Shown here piece by piece: positions 43,573 through 57,300 of a stretch of 64,000 bases of DNA. Position 1 is the first letter of the stretch. Each line of letters begins with the position of its first letter. The stretch is taken from positions 202,038 to 266,037 of the forward strand of contig RDEW01000012.1 of assembly GCA_011109175.1 (NCBI GenBank), in the 5' to 3' direction. The DNA comes from Dicyema japonicum. Lineage: Eukaryota > Animalia > Dicyemida. The notes under the pieces were generated by a model that did not search any database, was not told the DNA's origin, and was given only the letters and a program-made list of their open reading frames with translations. The translations under genes were made by a program, and so were the position numbers.

Positions 43573-44960
43573 TCAAGTTGGATTAAAGTATGTACGCATC
43601 AATGCTTGTCTTTTATTTGATTCACGTTTATTCGATGCCTTCCTTACACGTGTATGTTTTAAGGTACTATTTACTTTATTGGTTTTAGAATTGATCTTCT
43701 TAACAGGGGATTTATATAGGTAGACCTCTTCGATTCCATTGAAAAAAATTGAAGGACTTTGAATGAGTTTGGAAGGATAAATAAATTCTGGGGAGGGACT
43801 TTTTCTTAAAAGTGGATGATAAATACTTGAAAAAGCAAAATGATCATCTTTATGATAATTTTGCCACAATGCAACGAGACAGTCATCCCCAGCAGTTAGA
43901 ATCTAATAAATAAAAAAAATACTTCATTTTTAGAAGGACTCCAATCAACAGCAGTAACTTCCCCAGTGTGTCCAATAAGAGTATATTCTTTAGTGAATGA
44001 ATTGATATTAATAATAGAGGCTGAATTATCTGATGATCCGGCAATAATGTGGGAATCATCACAAGACAGACATATTTGTACAAAATATGTATTTATTGAT
44101 AAATCATTGTAAGAACTAATCAATTCCAACTTTCTGGATCCTCGTAAAGATATTCTATGAAGTCCTGAATTTGGTCTAACAGAACTAGCATAAACAGTGA
44201 ATAAATCGTTTGATAATGAAAGACACGAAAATCCAGAATTTAATTTGAGAGAAAATACATCCAAAGGAACAGTCTTCCTGGTATCCCACAAACGAATAGA
44301 ACCATCAGAACCAGAAGTAATTAACATAGTATTGTCTAGAGAACGAACACAAGTGACACTCTTTGATGATTTTGAATTAAGATTATGTGCCTTATCAACA
44401 ATCCAAGCACATCGATTAGGTTTCCTTATATCCCACAAACGAATAGTCCCATCATTAGAACAACTATAAATAAGTGCTAAATTAATAATAAATAATTACA
44501 ATCATTCGATATACAACGTGATGATCGTTTTACTGATTGACTATGTCCTTTAAATATTTGAATAACTGATAATGATTCAATATTTAATAATGCAAGAGAA
44601 AAGTCTGCCGATGATGTCACAAGATAATCTTTTTTATTTCCAATAAGCCATTCAACGTCATAAATTGCTCTATTGTGTATTTTCTTTTTTATTCTTGAGT
44701 ATTTTGACGATTTACTTGCTATGTAAAGTTGTCCCGCCTCATCAGATATTACATAGGTATCCCCCTCAGCTTAAATTGGTAATAAACCATTACTGGGTTC
44801 AAATTTGCAGGAATATGGAGGACACGGATGGAGATCACTATTATCAAATATTTCTATATTATTTTTGGAGTAGTAATTAACAATTGGAGGGTTAAATTGT
44901 CCTAATCATTATAATTATATAATTACCTGTATATTCATTCTCCAATATGCGGTTGAACAT
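43573..44960 (-). CDS. DTL: Denticleless/CDT2 WD40 protein (CRL4 substrate receptor)
   Basis: PPYSCKF; HNRAIYDVEW...VTSSADFS...FKGHSQSVK; DGTIRLWDIR; SVTCV...LITSGSDGSIRLWDTRK; NTYFVQICLSCDDSHIIAGSSDN; GHTGEVTAVDW; C-terminal PIP box QALMRTYF. Confidence 0.9.
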
Positions 44961-45079
44961 GACTATATTAATTTTTAAATTTTATTATAATCAAAATATT
45001 AAAAATACGTAAATTAATTAATATTACAACTAATTATTCAAAAACTTTAAGTTCAAAAAGATAAATGAACCTCCATACA

Positions 45080-46430
45080 ATTGTAATGAACAGACCTAGC
45101 TTATTTCTCTTACCAAAAAACTACCAAATAGTTTGTGTCTACGGTACGAGTGTCAAACTACCGTTCCCAGATTTCTTTAATCAGGTTTGGTGATGTTGAA
45201 CCTAACCCTGGACCCGCGTCATTAGAGTGAAAGATGAAGATACTTAAAATGAACATCAACGGACTTTCCAAAAAATATATTGATTTGCGTAACTTATTGC
45301 ACAATTATTGTATAGACATTGCCTTTATTCAAGAAACTAAACTTACACCGAAATCAAGACTACTCGCTTCAAGAACTATTCTATATTACTTTACGACCGC
45401 GCCTATCTATCCTCTAACAATTCCGATAAACGTGGAGTTCAATTTCTGCGTGATATGGAGGATTTAATTATTTTAAATAACCCTGTTCTACATACATTGT
45501 ATTCTACATTCAGATCATACTAATACTTCCCCGGATATCTCACTCTTCTCAAACTATCACTCTCGACGCTCAATGGGATATCCTTTATGATTTTCCAACT
45601 GACCAAAACACGATTTAATTACCTTCAACAAAATAAGAGGAGGAGGATCACAAAGACATATATAGTATAAACGTGGAAAGTGGGATTCTTACATAAACAA
45701 GACCGAACGTGTACTCAAAGACTTTTCTTTTGCATCTTTCAGCTATTTTGATGCTGCTGTCGAGTTCTTCATAAACTCTCTAATCGTTGCGGACAATTTA
45801 TTCCACGTGGTTTTATGAGACCTTCACTTCCGTTTTGAAAATATTATTCTTTTTTAAAGAACACAGGAGGATTAAATTGATGAACTCTGTTGAATATAGA
45901 ATTAAATATCTCTCTGAAATCAATAAACTCATTAACGATCTGATCTTGAAATAAAATATCATTGACTGGAAGACTTTATTTATTTTCTAAATCCTGTGTC
46001 TTTTTGAGAACCCTCGAAAAGATACATTCCATATGGACGTTCCCTCAATCCCACTCAACAGATCTCTCAAAAAATTGTGTCTTATCCTTCCGTGACCAGA
46101 CCAACTTATTAATGGGTCACTATGCGAAGATAACTCACCTTCTTACCCAAAAAAGACTCTGTTATAAGAGACTCCATGCCCTGAAGCTACCAGACCTTTT
46201 CATTATTCCACAATCTCCAATTACTCAACTTGCTAACAAATCTCGAAACTCGAATGCAAATCTAGAACCGAATGGCATTATTTACTTTAACGAACACTCA
46301 ATGAATCACGAATCAGTATGTAAGAAATCCTCAATCATAACTATTATGAAGCTTAACTTCGACCCATCTGATCCTTCTTATCCTGCAATTTCCCTTTTGT
46401 CTGTTGTCTCGAAGATTGATAAAAGAATTC
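45080..46430 (+). mobile_element. APE-type LINE 5' portion with a 2A-like peptide
   Basis: LIRFGDVEPNPGP at 45177-45215, in frame (one TGA) with MKILKMNINGL...DIAFIQETKL. Later YKRGKW, KLNFDPSDPSYPAISLLSVVSKI. Confidence 0.85.
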
Positions 46431-46699
46431 TACTATTTTTAATAAAACTTGTTTTTCTACCCTCTTTCATTTTCATCACACGTCCTACCGTCGTCGACAT
46501 CAATTCATTCTTCGAAAGAAGAGTTTTGATGATGGTAATCTTCACCAGTAGATTTGTTCAGGAGGGATGGTAAAAAGATCATTTTCAAATACTTCGAAGA
46601 GTTACTTATTCCCTCACAATTTAGGGAAGAACTACTGGGGAGATAAAAACCATGTCTAAAAAACTGTGTCTCCCTCCATTTGGCCTTCGTAAAACTCGG

Positions 46700-47500
46700 A
46701 CAGCGCTATATTCAGATGGATCTCTGCCAACTAAGGTCAGGGATTTTTTTATTCAAGTCTTACCAGAATGATCTCCCTGAGAGCTGACTACAACCGAGGA
46801 GATCTCATTGGTCGGGACATTTTCGCCGACTTGACAAGGGTGGGGGTTTAAGTGATTCTTAGGCTGTGTTGTATTTGTTCTCCGTCGACATAATTAATAT
46901 GGAGGTTTTTCCAGACAACGTATTCTTCGGTTTCTACTGATTCTTCAAACTAAGGGACTTTGAAGAGGTCAGAGAAATTGAGGAGTCTCAAAAGAGCTGC
47001 TAGTTGTGTCATAAATTCGGCGTTTTATGTCGAAGAATTCGATCCTTCTACCTCTGAGGATAACTAAGAGCTAATTCCGCGTTTCCATGTTTGTTATTTC
47101 AGACTTGAATCCTCAAAAATTACAAAGACACTTGAGGGATATGATGAAAGGAAATATGGGACCATATTATTTTGAGAGAACTGACACACTGAAGGAAGAA
47201 GATTTGCGAACTGAAGACCTTTTCGTGGATTGTTGGTAATGGAGATTCTAGTTTTTTATGACCCCTCATACCCGTTTATTATTCAGTATGATCCCCCACG
47301 GGATATTCCAATAATGGCTCTTATTTCCTCCTTTTGTTTAAATAGTGATTTTTTGTACTTTCCTGATAAAACGGTTATTTTTGTCGAATTCTGTCTCGAT
47401 TAGTTAGTTGGTGACATTTGTCGATTGTGTTTATCGCACCAAACGTGGACTTAGGATACTCTAATGTTCCAGGATTCTATCACAGATATAAAGAATCCTC
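46700..47500 (-). mobile_element. Decayed LINE APE fragment
   Basis: Minus-strand SWNIRV-like start near 47470 and a GDH-like end near 46770; heavily mutated. Confidence 0.4.
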
Positions 47501-47719
47501 GGTTTCAGTCGGAAATTTTGTACTTTTAGTAGAAATATAATTGCTCATACAAATATCAACTGCCTATGAATTATCAATCACAACAACCTCAATCGTGATT
47601 ACTTCTTGTTAGTCATCTATCATTAAAGCTGATTGAATTAAAAATATAGGGTTTCTGAATTATAGATAGGATAGGGAAGTTTTTTTTCCAAAGAACTCGT
47701 CAATTATGTTCAAATAGAA

Positions 47720-47960
47720 AAAAGCGTAATCCGAACATTGGGGGTATTCTGTCTTCGTCTATCTCTCTCCAGTGCAAAGGAAATTCAATTCTCAACTCGA
47801 TTTCCTGTGCAAGAACAAGAGAATCCGTTTCCGGACAGTAGTGGGCACAACTGAGGACGCTGACGTAAGATAGTGCTGTTAATCGTGGAAACTGTGATCA
47901 TCTAAGTGTTTGACTATTTCGTCTTCCTTTTTCAGTGATCCCTGTGTTCTGAATAAATAA
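47720..47960 (+). mobile_element. Diverged member of the hairpin-tail SINE group
   Basis: CACAACTG..GGACG...GTGGAAACTG(T)GATCA...CAGTGATCCC then a TAAA tail, colinear with the 3' half of 41445-41760. Confidence 0.55.
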
Positions 47961-48429
47961 AACACTAAAATTATAAATGAAAAATAGTTCTATATCTTCG
48001 TGGAAAATCACACCAAAACCAATTTGGGCATATTGCACGGAATACAGGGACGCCTATAGGATCCATCAGAAAGAATTCATTCAGATAACGTAACACAATG
48101 TCTGACCTCTGACGTTCTTCCATACACCCCACAGCTTTCTTGTATCCGTCATTTTCCTTAAATAGTTTTGGTCTCTTAATTTGAGACTGACATATCGTAA
48201 GTTCACGACACACATGCGTACTCCATTGTAGACTATAGGGATTGAATATACAGGATAGAAGCACATTGTGATGGCTAACTAGTCACTCAAACGATTTTTG
48301 GCAGTCCCTGTATAGAAATAAGTTTTTTTGTAAATATTGATTTTTAATATATCTATTTGTTTCTGGCCTATGGTAAAAATATGTATTTTTAAAAAATATG
48401 AAAAATCGGTTCTAAGTTAGCCGAGCCCC

Positions 48430-49700
48430 CAGTTATTAGATGTGACTGAAGATCTGTATCCATAAATCTATTCCAGCTTGTAATAATAGGAGCATTGAAT
48501 CAGTCCCTTCAAAAAGAGATAAGTCGAGTATGAATAAGTTGAAAAGTGATGTGGAGGAGGGTTTTATTTAAAGGACGTTATGAGAGAAGACAGAATCTAA
48601 ACTTTGATGGATGTTGGTTATCTAGTGTTTAGAGTCGGATAGATAAAAGTATTAAGACTTATAGACGTTTCTCAGTATTAATTAGAGCTTCTTTTATGTC
48701 CATTATACTTGTAATGTCCTTAGATGTACCTCGGGTTCATTGAAGCATTCTTAGATGAATTGTAAGAAAGAGGTGGATTGTCATAGATGCTCCGATCTGA
48801 ACCCATGCTGAAAATTGCAGGAGAAAAAGTAATATAATTTTCCAAAGTACGGTATTCAATGCAGAGATATAATGCATGTGAAGTCTTTGGTTTACCAGGT
48901 TCTAAAACACGTATATGTGAGTTCTTCCATTTGCTAGGGAGAGAGTTGGAGAGAAATTATCTGATTGAAATGTCGTGACGTTAATAGAATTCCATGAATA
49001 TTATTGGGATCATACTTATATGACCTTTTCATATATCTTATTGTGTGTGTAACTTCAAGCTGGGTAAAGAATTCGACCTATCGGTTTGTTTTAGGTATTT
49101 TGTAGGCGAGGTTTTGGATCTTGGACATGTTCAATTTAATTGATCCTATATTGTTCTCAAGAACCTATGTAGATTTCATTTGACTCATGGATGATAAAAG
49201 TTTTAAGATTTTATTTCTCTATGATGGTTGTGCTTTTATGTCCATCAGAGCAAATTGATGTGATTCATTTTTAGAACTTTCCTCTATTAAAAATAACTAG
49301 TTTCAGAGTTGAGTGTAGTGTTATAAAATTTGCAAACTGCTCGAGGAACATATTTCTTTTCCGAATAAAATGTGTTCAAACCCCACTAAATTAATGTATA
49401 ACAAAGTTGGCCAATCTGTCTTCTTGCTTGTATTTTTGGGCTTCCGAAACTATATAATCAGATTGTGAAAGTCATAAAGACGCAATTTTTGAATAAAAAT
49501 AAATAGGTCAGGTAATATTGGGTTATCATTTCTTCCCATTGGAGTATTCAAATGATGACTAAGAATCATCATTTTTAAAGAAGTCGATTAATAGATTATC
49601 TCTCTTGTTGGTGAGTTAGCGTTAACAAGGAGATTTTGATCCTGGGTTTGATTTTATGTATCCAGAAAGCATCCAGTAAAGTATGTGTCATCCAACTGTA
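48430..49700 (-). mobile_element. Decayed LINE RT region
   Basis: Minus-strand FQHGFRSEH and WKNSHIRVL(E)PGKPK-type motifs at about 48790-48930; many stops. Confidence 0.6.
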
Positions 49701-50017
49701 TAATAATAAAATAATAACAGCCTTTTTCACGGAGCCCTGGTATTAGCTCCGCATAGGCAGGACACTTTATTTAAGTAAAGAACAGTTTAATTTTAACTAA
49801 TCGTAGAACCAAGGAATGATCTTTACTTCTATTTTCTTTTTCTTGTGTGTGGTCCTTTCTAACAATCCAGTTCCGCAGTTACAGTCAACTGCTTCACTCG
49901 TCAAGGATTTTTAGCATCGTAGTTGAGTAGAACCTTCCACCAGGTGAACAGAAGCGAGAATCGAACCCGTAACCTAAGTCAGTTTAGCCCGACACCTATG
50001 CACTATGCCATCCAACC
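49699..50017 (-). mobile_element. tRNA-derived SINE (family B)
   Basis: Head GGTTGGATGGCATAGTG...GGGTTCGATTCTCG has A-box and B-box, residual D and T arms but an unpaired acceptor stem. About 250 nt body, hairpin CGGAGC/GCTCCG, (TTA)n tail. Confidence 0.8.
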
Positions 50018-50078
50018 ATATATGCAGATTAAATAAATTTGAATAAATATGTCAGGTAAAGAATATAAAAGAAATTAA

Positions 50079-52177
50079 TTGCGTATTTCTTTAATGATTA
50101 TAATTTTACCACTATTGGTATTTTTAATACAAGAACAGGAAAATACACTAACTATCATTTCAAATACTCCTGCTATGGAATCAAGCAGCTGTGATGAGAC
50201 AATTCATGGTTTTGATGAGATGACTGAAATAAGAAATATTTTTTTACTATCAAATAACTTTGAAATTTATTTTACGGAGAATTGTGAAAAACAAAAACTT
50301 GCATTTACTGCAATGTTTGAAGAAACTTCAATTGGATGTTTAATGAGAGAATGCGGAAACCGTTATGCTCCAATTATGATTGGTTTTGGATCTCCAGAAA
50401 TAAGCAATAAAATAGTACCATATTTAAAAGAATTGAAAATCATAACTATACTATACGATTCCACTTATAAATTTTCAGATTATGAAAGTTCTTACCTTAT
50501 AAGAATGAGTCATTCATATCATGACAGATTGGAAAAGATATTTGAACTCTCAATAAACCTAAATGTAAAAATTATGGTTATCCACGATGAATTTTACTCT
50601 GAAGGTTCATCACTATCTGAAGATGCAAAAATTAAATATTCCGAAGGAATGGAATTATGCAATATAACATATACTGATGCTATTGTTTTGTTTCTTAATG
50701 AAATTCACATGGAATCATTATTAGGAAATGTTAATCAAGAATGCAGTAATATTACGCTGATAATTGGAAATGATAACCATCATCATATATTCGATAACAT
50801 ATCGAATAACTTCTTTTCCATTTTGTTTATTGACACGTTAATAAATAATAATCATAATATCAAAACTCCATACCAACAATTTTTATTTTCAGTAAAAGTA
50901 GTGAAAAACGTCCTAGACAGTTGTTACATAAAGAATTGTCAAGTTTCACAAGATATTAAAAATTGTCTTTCAGTTGAAATAATAAAAAGATGTTTTTTAA
51001 ATGTAACAATTACTATCGGTGATGATTCTGTTTCATTTGGAGTAAACGGGGAAATAAAAAATGAGTTAATTATTCACAATTTAAAAATGGAAAGATTATC
51101 AAATTTTGAACAATTATTTTCATACAAGTGCATGAAAAAATGTAATAAGGATGAACAACAACTTATTAGTTCAATTACTGGCTGTGTAATCTGTGAAGGT
51201 TGTAATTCAACCACTCACCTGATTAACGGTAAATGTGCAAAATGTCCAATTGAGAAAAAATATAACCAGACAACATACGAGTTGTATTATTTGTCTCATT
51301 TAGATGCGAGGATATTAGACATGAGTATATGTCTTTCAGTAGAACATTTTACTTTGTTTTATATATTATATTTTGTTTAGCATTTCTGGAAATAATTGTT
51401 GTGACTATAATTTATATGGCAAACTGGAATCACAGACTAATAAAATCATCAGGAAGAGAATCAATTATTGTCTTAATCGTCGGAATATTAACTCAAAATA
51501 TTTTAGGATTTTTTGACAATTATTAAACCAACACATAAAACCTGTTGGGTTTACATTATGTTGCTATTTAGATTATGGGAATTATTAACACAATCTCTAC
51601 CTGTTTGGTGCTTTATTCTTTACTTGTAAGATCAGGAAGATTATTTTACTTATTTAAATCAAAATATATTGGAATGTTCAAACTTATCAAACTAATCACT
51701 TCCCAAAAGGCCATTTTGGCAGTAATCATATCCTTGAGTTTACTCACAGTATGCTTGTACCATTACTTTTAGACAATTCCAATTATTATATTTGGAATAT
51801 TTTATAATTTTATCATATTTGATCATGAAAATGAATTTTTTTCATGTGGGACATTATTTCATTCATATATTTTTGAATTTATTTGTTGGGGATGTTCGAC
51901 TGTCATTACTCTCATTTTCACAATCAAATCAAAATCAATTCCTGCCAATTTTAAAGAGACATTTTTTATTTTTGTTGCTGTAATTGGGTCAACCATTATC
52001 TATTTCATATATTTTGTCATAAATGCACTCACGGACAAATTATATTTCAGAAAATTCCAAGATTTATTACGTCAATTATTATTCATTTTGATATTTCTGA
52101 ATTTGATTGTTGCCAGTCGTATTTACGGAGTTTACTTTGCAAAAAGTGAGGACATTCATATTAGAGAGGATAATTAA
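50079..52177 (+). CDS. Class C GPCR, metabotropic glutamate receptor-like (divergent VFT, Cys-rich domain, 7TM)
   Basis: Signal peptide; IGFGSPEIS...ITILYDSTYKFSD...LIRM; CVICEGC...CAKCP...YECEDIRHEYM; IKSSGRESIIVLIVG; IKPTHKTC; YSLLVRSGRL; IPANFKE; SRIYGVYF. Introns at 51281-51303 and near 51550 and 51750 restore the frame; one extra T at about 51510. Confidence 0.88.
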
Positions 52178-52199
52178 TACTAACAATTTCATTAATTCT

Positions 52200-53480
52200 G
52201 AGTTTATTCATAATCATAGTTTAATTAATTTGATCTCTCGACTTGGTGGAAATATCGACCTGGATATTCACAACTCAACAAGTGACCACAATGAAGATCA
52301 AGAGAGAAATTGGGAGGTTCCAGAACAATTCAACTACAAAAGTGCAGACTGGAAACTTTACCGTGCGTTTACTGACACCCTACTACAATACCTTTACCTG
52401 GATGATAGTAATTCCATAGACAAAGTAGTCGCTTATGTAAACTGCACTATCTTGGATGCGAGATCACTATCTGCTCCTAAACACCACCTTAACTACGCAA
52501 CATGAGAGAGCGGCCTTGGTCAAAGAAAGAAATCGACTAAAAAATCTGTCCGATTAACTACTGAGGATAAGCTCCCGCTGAGGATTTATTTTATTATTTA
52601 CGGGAATCCCCAAGAGGTGGGGAGAAGTTATCAGCTCTTTCGTTCCTTTCTGGAATGGGTGACACCTTCTCGGGTGAGCCACAAGACACCACAAGGACAA
52701 AGCGCAGATATCGAGATGGATGCATGTTCTCTCGTCTTTGAATCGGAATAGATCCACTGCTGAAGTTTGGAAAACTATTCAAGACGTCTCAAGAGAGAAT
52801 GAAAGGTCATCTGAGGAAGATCATAGCCAAAATGATTTGAGTAACCTGATAAAATAATACGTTAAAACATCCCACATGGACATTAAGAAGTAAGATGGAC
52901 CTTCTTTATATCTCAGTAAACCGAAAAGGGAACCATATATGATTTAATTTACTAAAAACGACATGAGAAATGTATTGAAAGTCATAAAAAACGTATTCTA
53001 ATAGACCGGACAAAATCCTAAAGAATCTCGGTGATTATGGAATCGCTGCATTGACGAGGATATTCATCCACTCTATTAACAAAAATTCTATTTCAGCCAT
53101 ATGGGAGCTTTCACAATTCCGGTCGAGTTATTTTTAAACTAGGAAAAAAGAAGGATCCGACTTCATATAGACCGGACGAGTTATTTTGACATAAAGTGTA
53201 ACCCCGGTTTAGAGCACTTTGTGCCCGAAAACAGGGAGTTATTGTTTTTTCCACTCTAAAATCTTTTATTTTAAACCATATAAATGTAAAAAAGGTAAGA
53301 GATTTTATTTTATGATTAATAATATCTATCAAGTTTGTTTCGCTGTCACGTCCTCGTTTCCAGCTATTATAGATAAAAGTGTCGCATTCAATAGTTTCTT
53401 CATCATCAGCCTCGGTTAACATTTCATTTACAGCTTTGCCATTATTTCATCAGTTAGGCGATCATCAATATTTAAGACAT
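52200..53480. mobile_element. Cluster of LINE fragments on both strands
   Basis: Plus strand TSDHN...NYKSADWKLYRAFTD (APE end) at 52280-52500; minus-strand decayed linker/RT N-terminal pieces at 52520-53480. Confidence 0.6.
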
Positions 53481-53539
53481 CACGATTTTTTTGAAGTGCT
53501 GTGTAAAACACAAGTACTTCCATCTGACACCATGAGGTG

Positions 53540-53940
53540 AACCACAACAAATAAATAAAGTATATTTAAATCAATATTCTTTTTGAATTTCCTGGTTTGT
53601 GTCGGATAGAGGAACAAGAAGGATATAAGTATTTGGGTGTTAATGAAACTCCAAAGTCCCTTATAATGTCTGAGACAAAGCGACAATTTACTGAAGGCAT
53701 TCGTAAAAGAGCATCGTTATTATGTAAGACGTCTCTAAATGCAAGGAATTTGTTCCTAGCATTAAATGAGTATGCTGTCTCGCTGCTAAACTACTACATA
53801 GGTGTTGTGGAGTTTGAGCCCAAAAAGTATGATGAGATGGATGTTTTGATCCGTGGAGTACTCAGAGAAAAGCATGTCCAGGTGCTGGCAGCCAATAAGA
53901 AGAAACTATATTTACCCCTTGATAATTTCTACTGTGTGGA
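53540..53940 (+). mobile_element. R4/Dong-like RT fragment
   Basis: EQEGYKYLGVNE...KRASLLCKTSLNARNLFLALNEYAVSLLNYYIGVV...KLYLP, the typical RT domain 7/thumb of R4-type elements. Confidence 0.75.
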
Positions 53941-54369
53941 GTAGTCCAACTAAGTGATCGTATCCTTATGCGAATGACATCCTGATAGCTGGGTCAAGTG
54001 TGTCTGCTATGGCAGATGGTTCAATTTGACAAGACTCTCTCTGAGTTGTTTCAGTAACCATAATAAGAGGCTGGCTAATAGGAAGGCGAGGAAAGTTTTG
54101 CTGATTATTAAGTATTAACTTTTTTATTGTTGGTGAAATAAAGTGGATTTGGTTGAAAGATATTTTGTTAAACTTATGGAAATTGTGAGGTGGAATAATT
54201 AATGGAAGGATAATCCACTGACGTATTTGTTATACGATTACATTAATATAATTAATTATAATCCAAAATTAAAATATAAAAAATATTTTTAAAAAAATAA
54301 TATTAATTTATTAAAATTTAAAAACAATAAATATTAACTATAAATAAGTAAATTGACGCTGATGAGATA

Positions 54370-57300
54370 ATGTATTACTCACCGTGTGACATATCAGAAA
54401 ACTTGGAAAACATAAAGGGTTATGAATTTTATGGAATTTCAGAAAATTATCAAGTAAAAGAAGTGAGTCTTTCACTTGAAGAGGATGGAGTATTGTCTGT
54501 CTATAGCAAGAAAATGGGAATGAAGAATATGAAAATATTTCAAATAAACATAAGAAAATGTGAGATTGAAAACCACAAAAAATATTTCACAATAAGGTAC
54601 AATATGGTGTATTTAATCAATAATGAATATTCTATTATGGATTATTATAATTTAATAGTTTTGGACAAGAAAAACACTATTTTGTGCCTAAATCTCAAAA
54701 TCAAATGGATGAATGGATGAGTTCATTCAAAGTTAATTTAATTTAATATTAGAATTGTCAAATCAAACAAGTAAATAACACAGCTTTGGTATTAAATAAT
54801 AAATTATTGAAGAATAGTAATATAAACCATCAATATGGGTTTTTGTCAAGATTTAAAGAATTTGAAAATGAAAATTATAAAAATGTTGAAAAAATCAAAA
54901 GTAATTATAATTTATTTATAATAGAACATGTTTTTCCTATTTTAAATGAATACAACGATGATGAATTTTGCAATCTAAAAGACAATTTACAAAATTTGTA
55001 ATAAAAATAAAATATTAAAGTGACGATGAATCAGAATCAAACATTAAAGTAGACTCCCTTCAACAGAAAATAGCAGAAAAGGATATTTTAATTCTGAAAT
55101 TAAATTCACAGATTATTTCCCTCATAGAAAAAAATGATTTAAATACTACATTCAAAAATAATTTAGAAAATTCATTAAAAGAAAGTTATGAAAATATAGA
55201 ACGAAAAAACAGTGAATTAAACAGAAAAATGTATTTATAATAAATATTTAAGTAAGAATAATAAATATAATTACTATTCTCTTTATTTGTCATTACTAAA
55301 TGACTATTTATTGATTCCCTGTGGGACAACTGAAGAAGGCTATTTGTACAATATTATTACCAACACTGTGGTTATCACTTTACTAATCTCAGCATGAACA
55401 AAATTTACATAAAATATTTGATGAGGCAATTACTAAGGATTCTCGACTCCCTTCAGTTTATAGGTATTTTATTTTTGTATTAAGACTTTTGAATGGGGAA
55501 ATCCACGTGGGATGAATTTGGGTTCAAACAAAGATTTTCAGAGAAAACGTCGGCAGTGTCATATATTTGTCGACAACTAAAGAACTTTTATAGTTGGGAG
55601 AGTTTGGAATATAAAGAAAACATTAAAAAGTGGAATGAATTCATTAATGGATATAAAAAAATAAACGTTTAAATAAAAATTATAAATTAGAAAAATATTA
55701 AAAATTTAATTTATGCTGGAGTACCTAATAAATTCAGAGGAAATGTATGGTTTATTCTTCAGTCTGCTTATATAAACTCAATGATGGAAAAATATGGGAA
55801 TAATTACTTTGCCTCCCTTTGTCACCAAGTTTCTATTGATGATAATGTACATTATATATTATTTTGATATATTATTCCACAAAAAAACAAGTAAAGTTAG
55901 ATTTATTGAGAACCCTTCCTTCAAATGTCAAGTTTGAGTCATTAGAATCAAAGGGGGTTCATTTATTAATTTATTATAGGTTGTACAGTTATATAATGTC
56001 CTTTTGGCTTATTCATTTCACAATCCTAAGATTGGGTATTGTCAAGGAATGAATTTTATTTCTGCCATTCTACTGCTTTTTCTTTCTGCAGAAAAGTCTT
56101 TTTGGTTTGTAATTTTGTTAATTCAGGCTTTTGATATCCATTGTTGAAAATATTTTTGGAAATGATTATTTCTCTGATAGTTTAGTTGGGGCACAAATTG
56201 ATCAAACATTATTAAATTATTTACTCTATCAATTTATTCCAAATTTGTACAATCATTTTTCTAAACACAAAATTGAACTTTCTGTCATAACATTTCCATG
56301 GTTCATGTCTCTATTTTACGACGCCTTCCCATTTGAAGTGAAATATTAATGATGACTTAGACTGTGTTGAGAATTTGGGATTGCTTTTTCTTGGACGGAA
56401 TTGATGCATTATTTAGATTTACTTTGGCATTTTTCAAAACCAATGAGTCCTCTCTCCTCCAAATGCCAGACACAATTTCTATACTAAAGCATGTTAAATA
56501 CGCATCAATTTCATCCGCCAATCAAAATTTGCTTATTGATGTTGGGACGAGTAATCTCATTTTAGAAAGCCTATGGGACTGAATTTGAGGATTTCCCAAC
56601 AAAAAATGAAATAAAGTCAATGCGAGAAAATTATCTGAAAAATTATAAAAATAACTTTGCAAATCGAAAAAAAATAAAACATTCAATTTTGGAAGATTCT
56701 GTACAAAGTTGTTGTTACTGTAGGAATATGAGAGACCATTGGAAGAATATTCTAAAGAATGCTGTGCAATCATAAACGAACGTTTCCTATAATTAGTTAA
56801 TACTAGAATATGCGTGGATATCCTTCGCAAATAAATCAAATTCAATAATTTTTGAATTGTGCTTAACCACTGATAGTATGACAGAACTTGCTATTGACGT
56901 TTGTTCCAATGTAATTTATAGATTGACTTATCAGCTGTGTGTATGATTGTAATAGAATCCTCGTTCGTGTTGATTGGAGGACTTTGTGGTGTTATTATTT
57001 GCATTGATATAAATGAGCTGTAATAATATATTAATAATAGAAATGTAATATGGAATTTCGATCTTCTGACACTGTTATGAATTTACTAATTGTGGAGAAT
57101 GACATGAGGACAGTCTATGCTGGTCTCGCCAATGGAAATGTTGTCTTTTTTGATGTTAATGTCAATATTATTTCCAGCAAATTGATTGTTCCAAGACTCC
57201 CAATAATATTTTAGATATTTCTGTCTCTAAATGGCCAATTTCATCCACGTGTTACAGTCACTCTAATATTTTCTGTGCTGCTGGAAATCAAGTGCATGTA

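Noticed and set aside
47860-47900. Hammerhead core CTGAGGA...GAAAC
   Set aside because: The homologous SINE copies lack CTGANGA, and no valid stem III or cleavage triplet exists.
47971-48300. piggyBac-type Cys-rich transposase tail
   Set aside because: Cys/His spacing does not fit in any single frame, and no TTAA-bounded TIR was found. Left unclassified.
49950-50017. Functional tRNA gene
   Set aside because: The acceptor stem is unpaired, the anticodon arm is irregular, and it continues into a SINE body with a simple-repeat tail.
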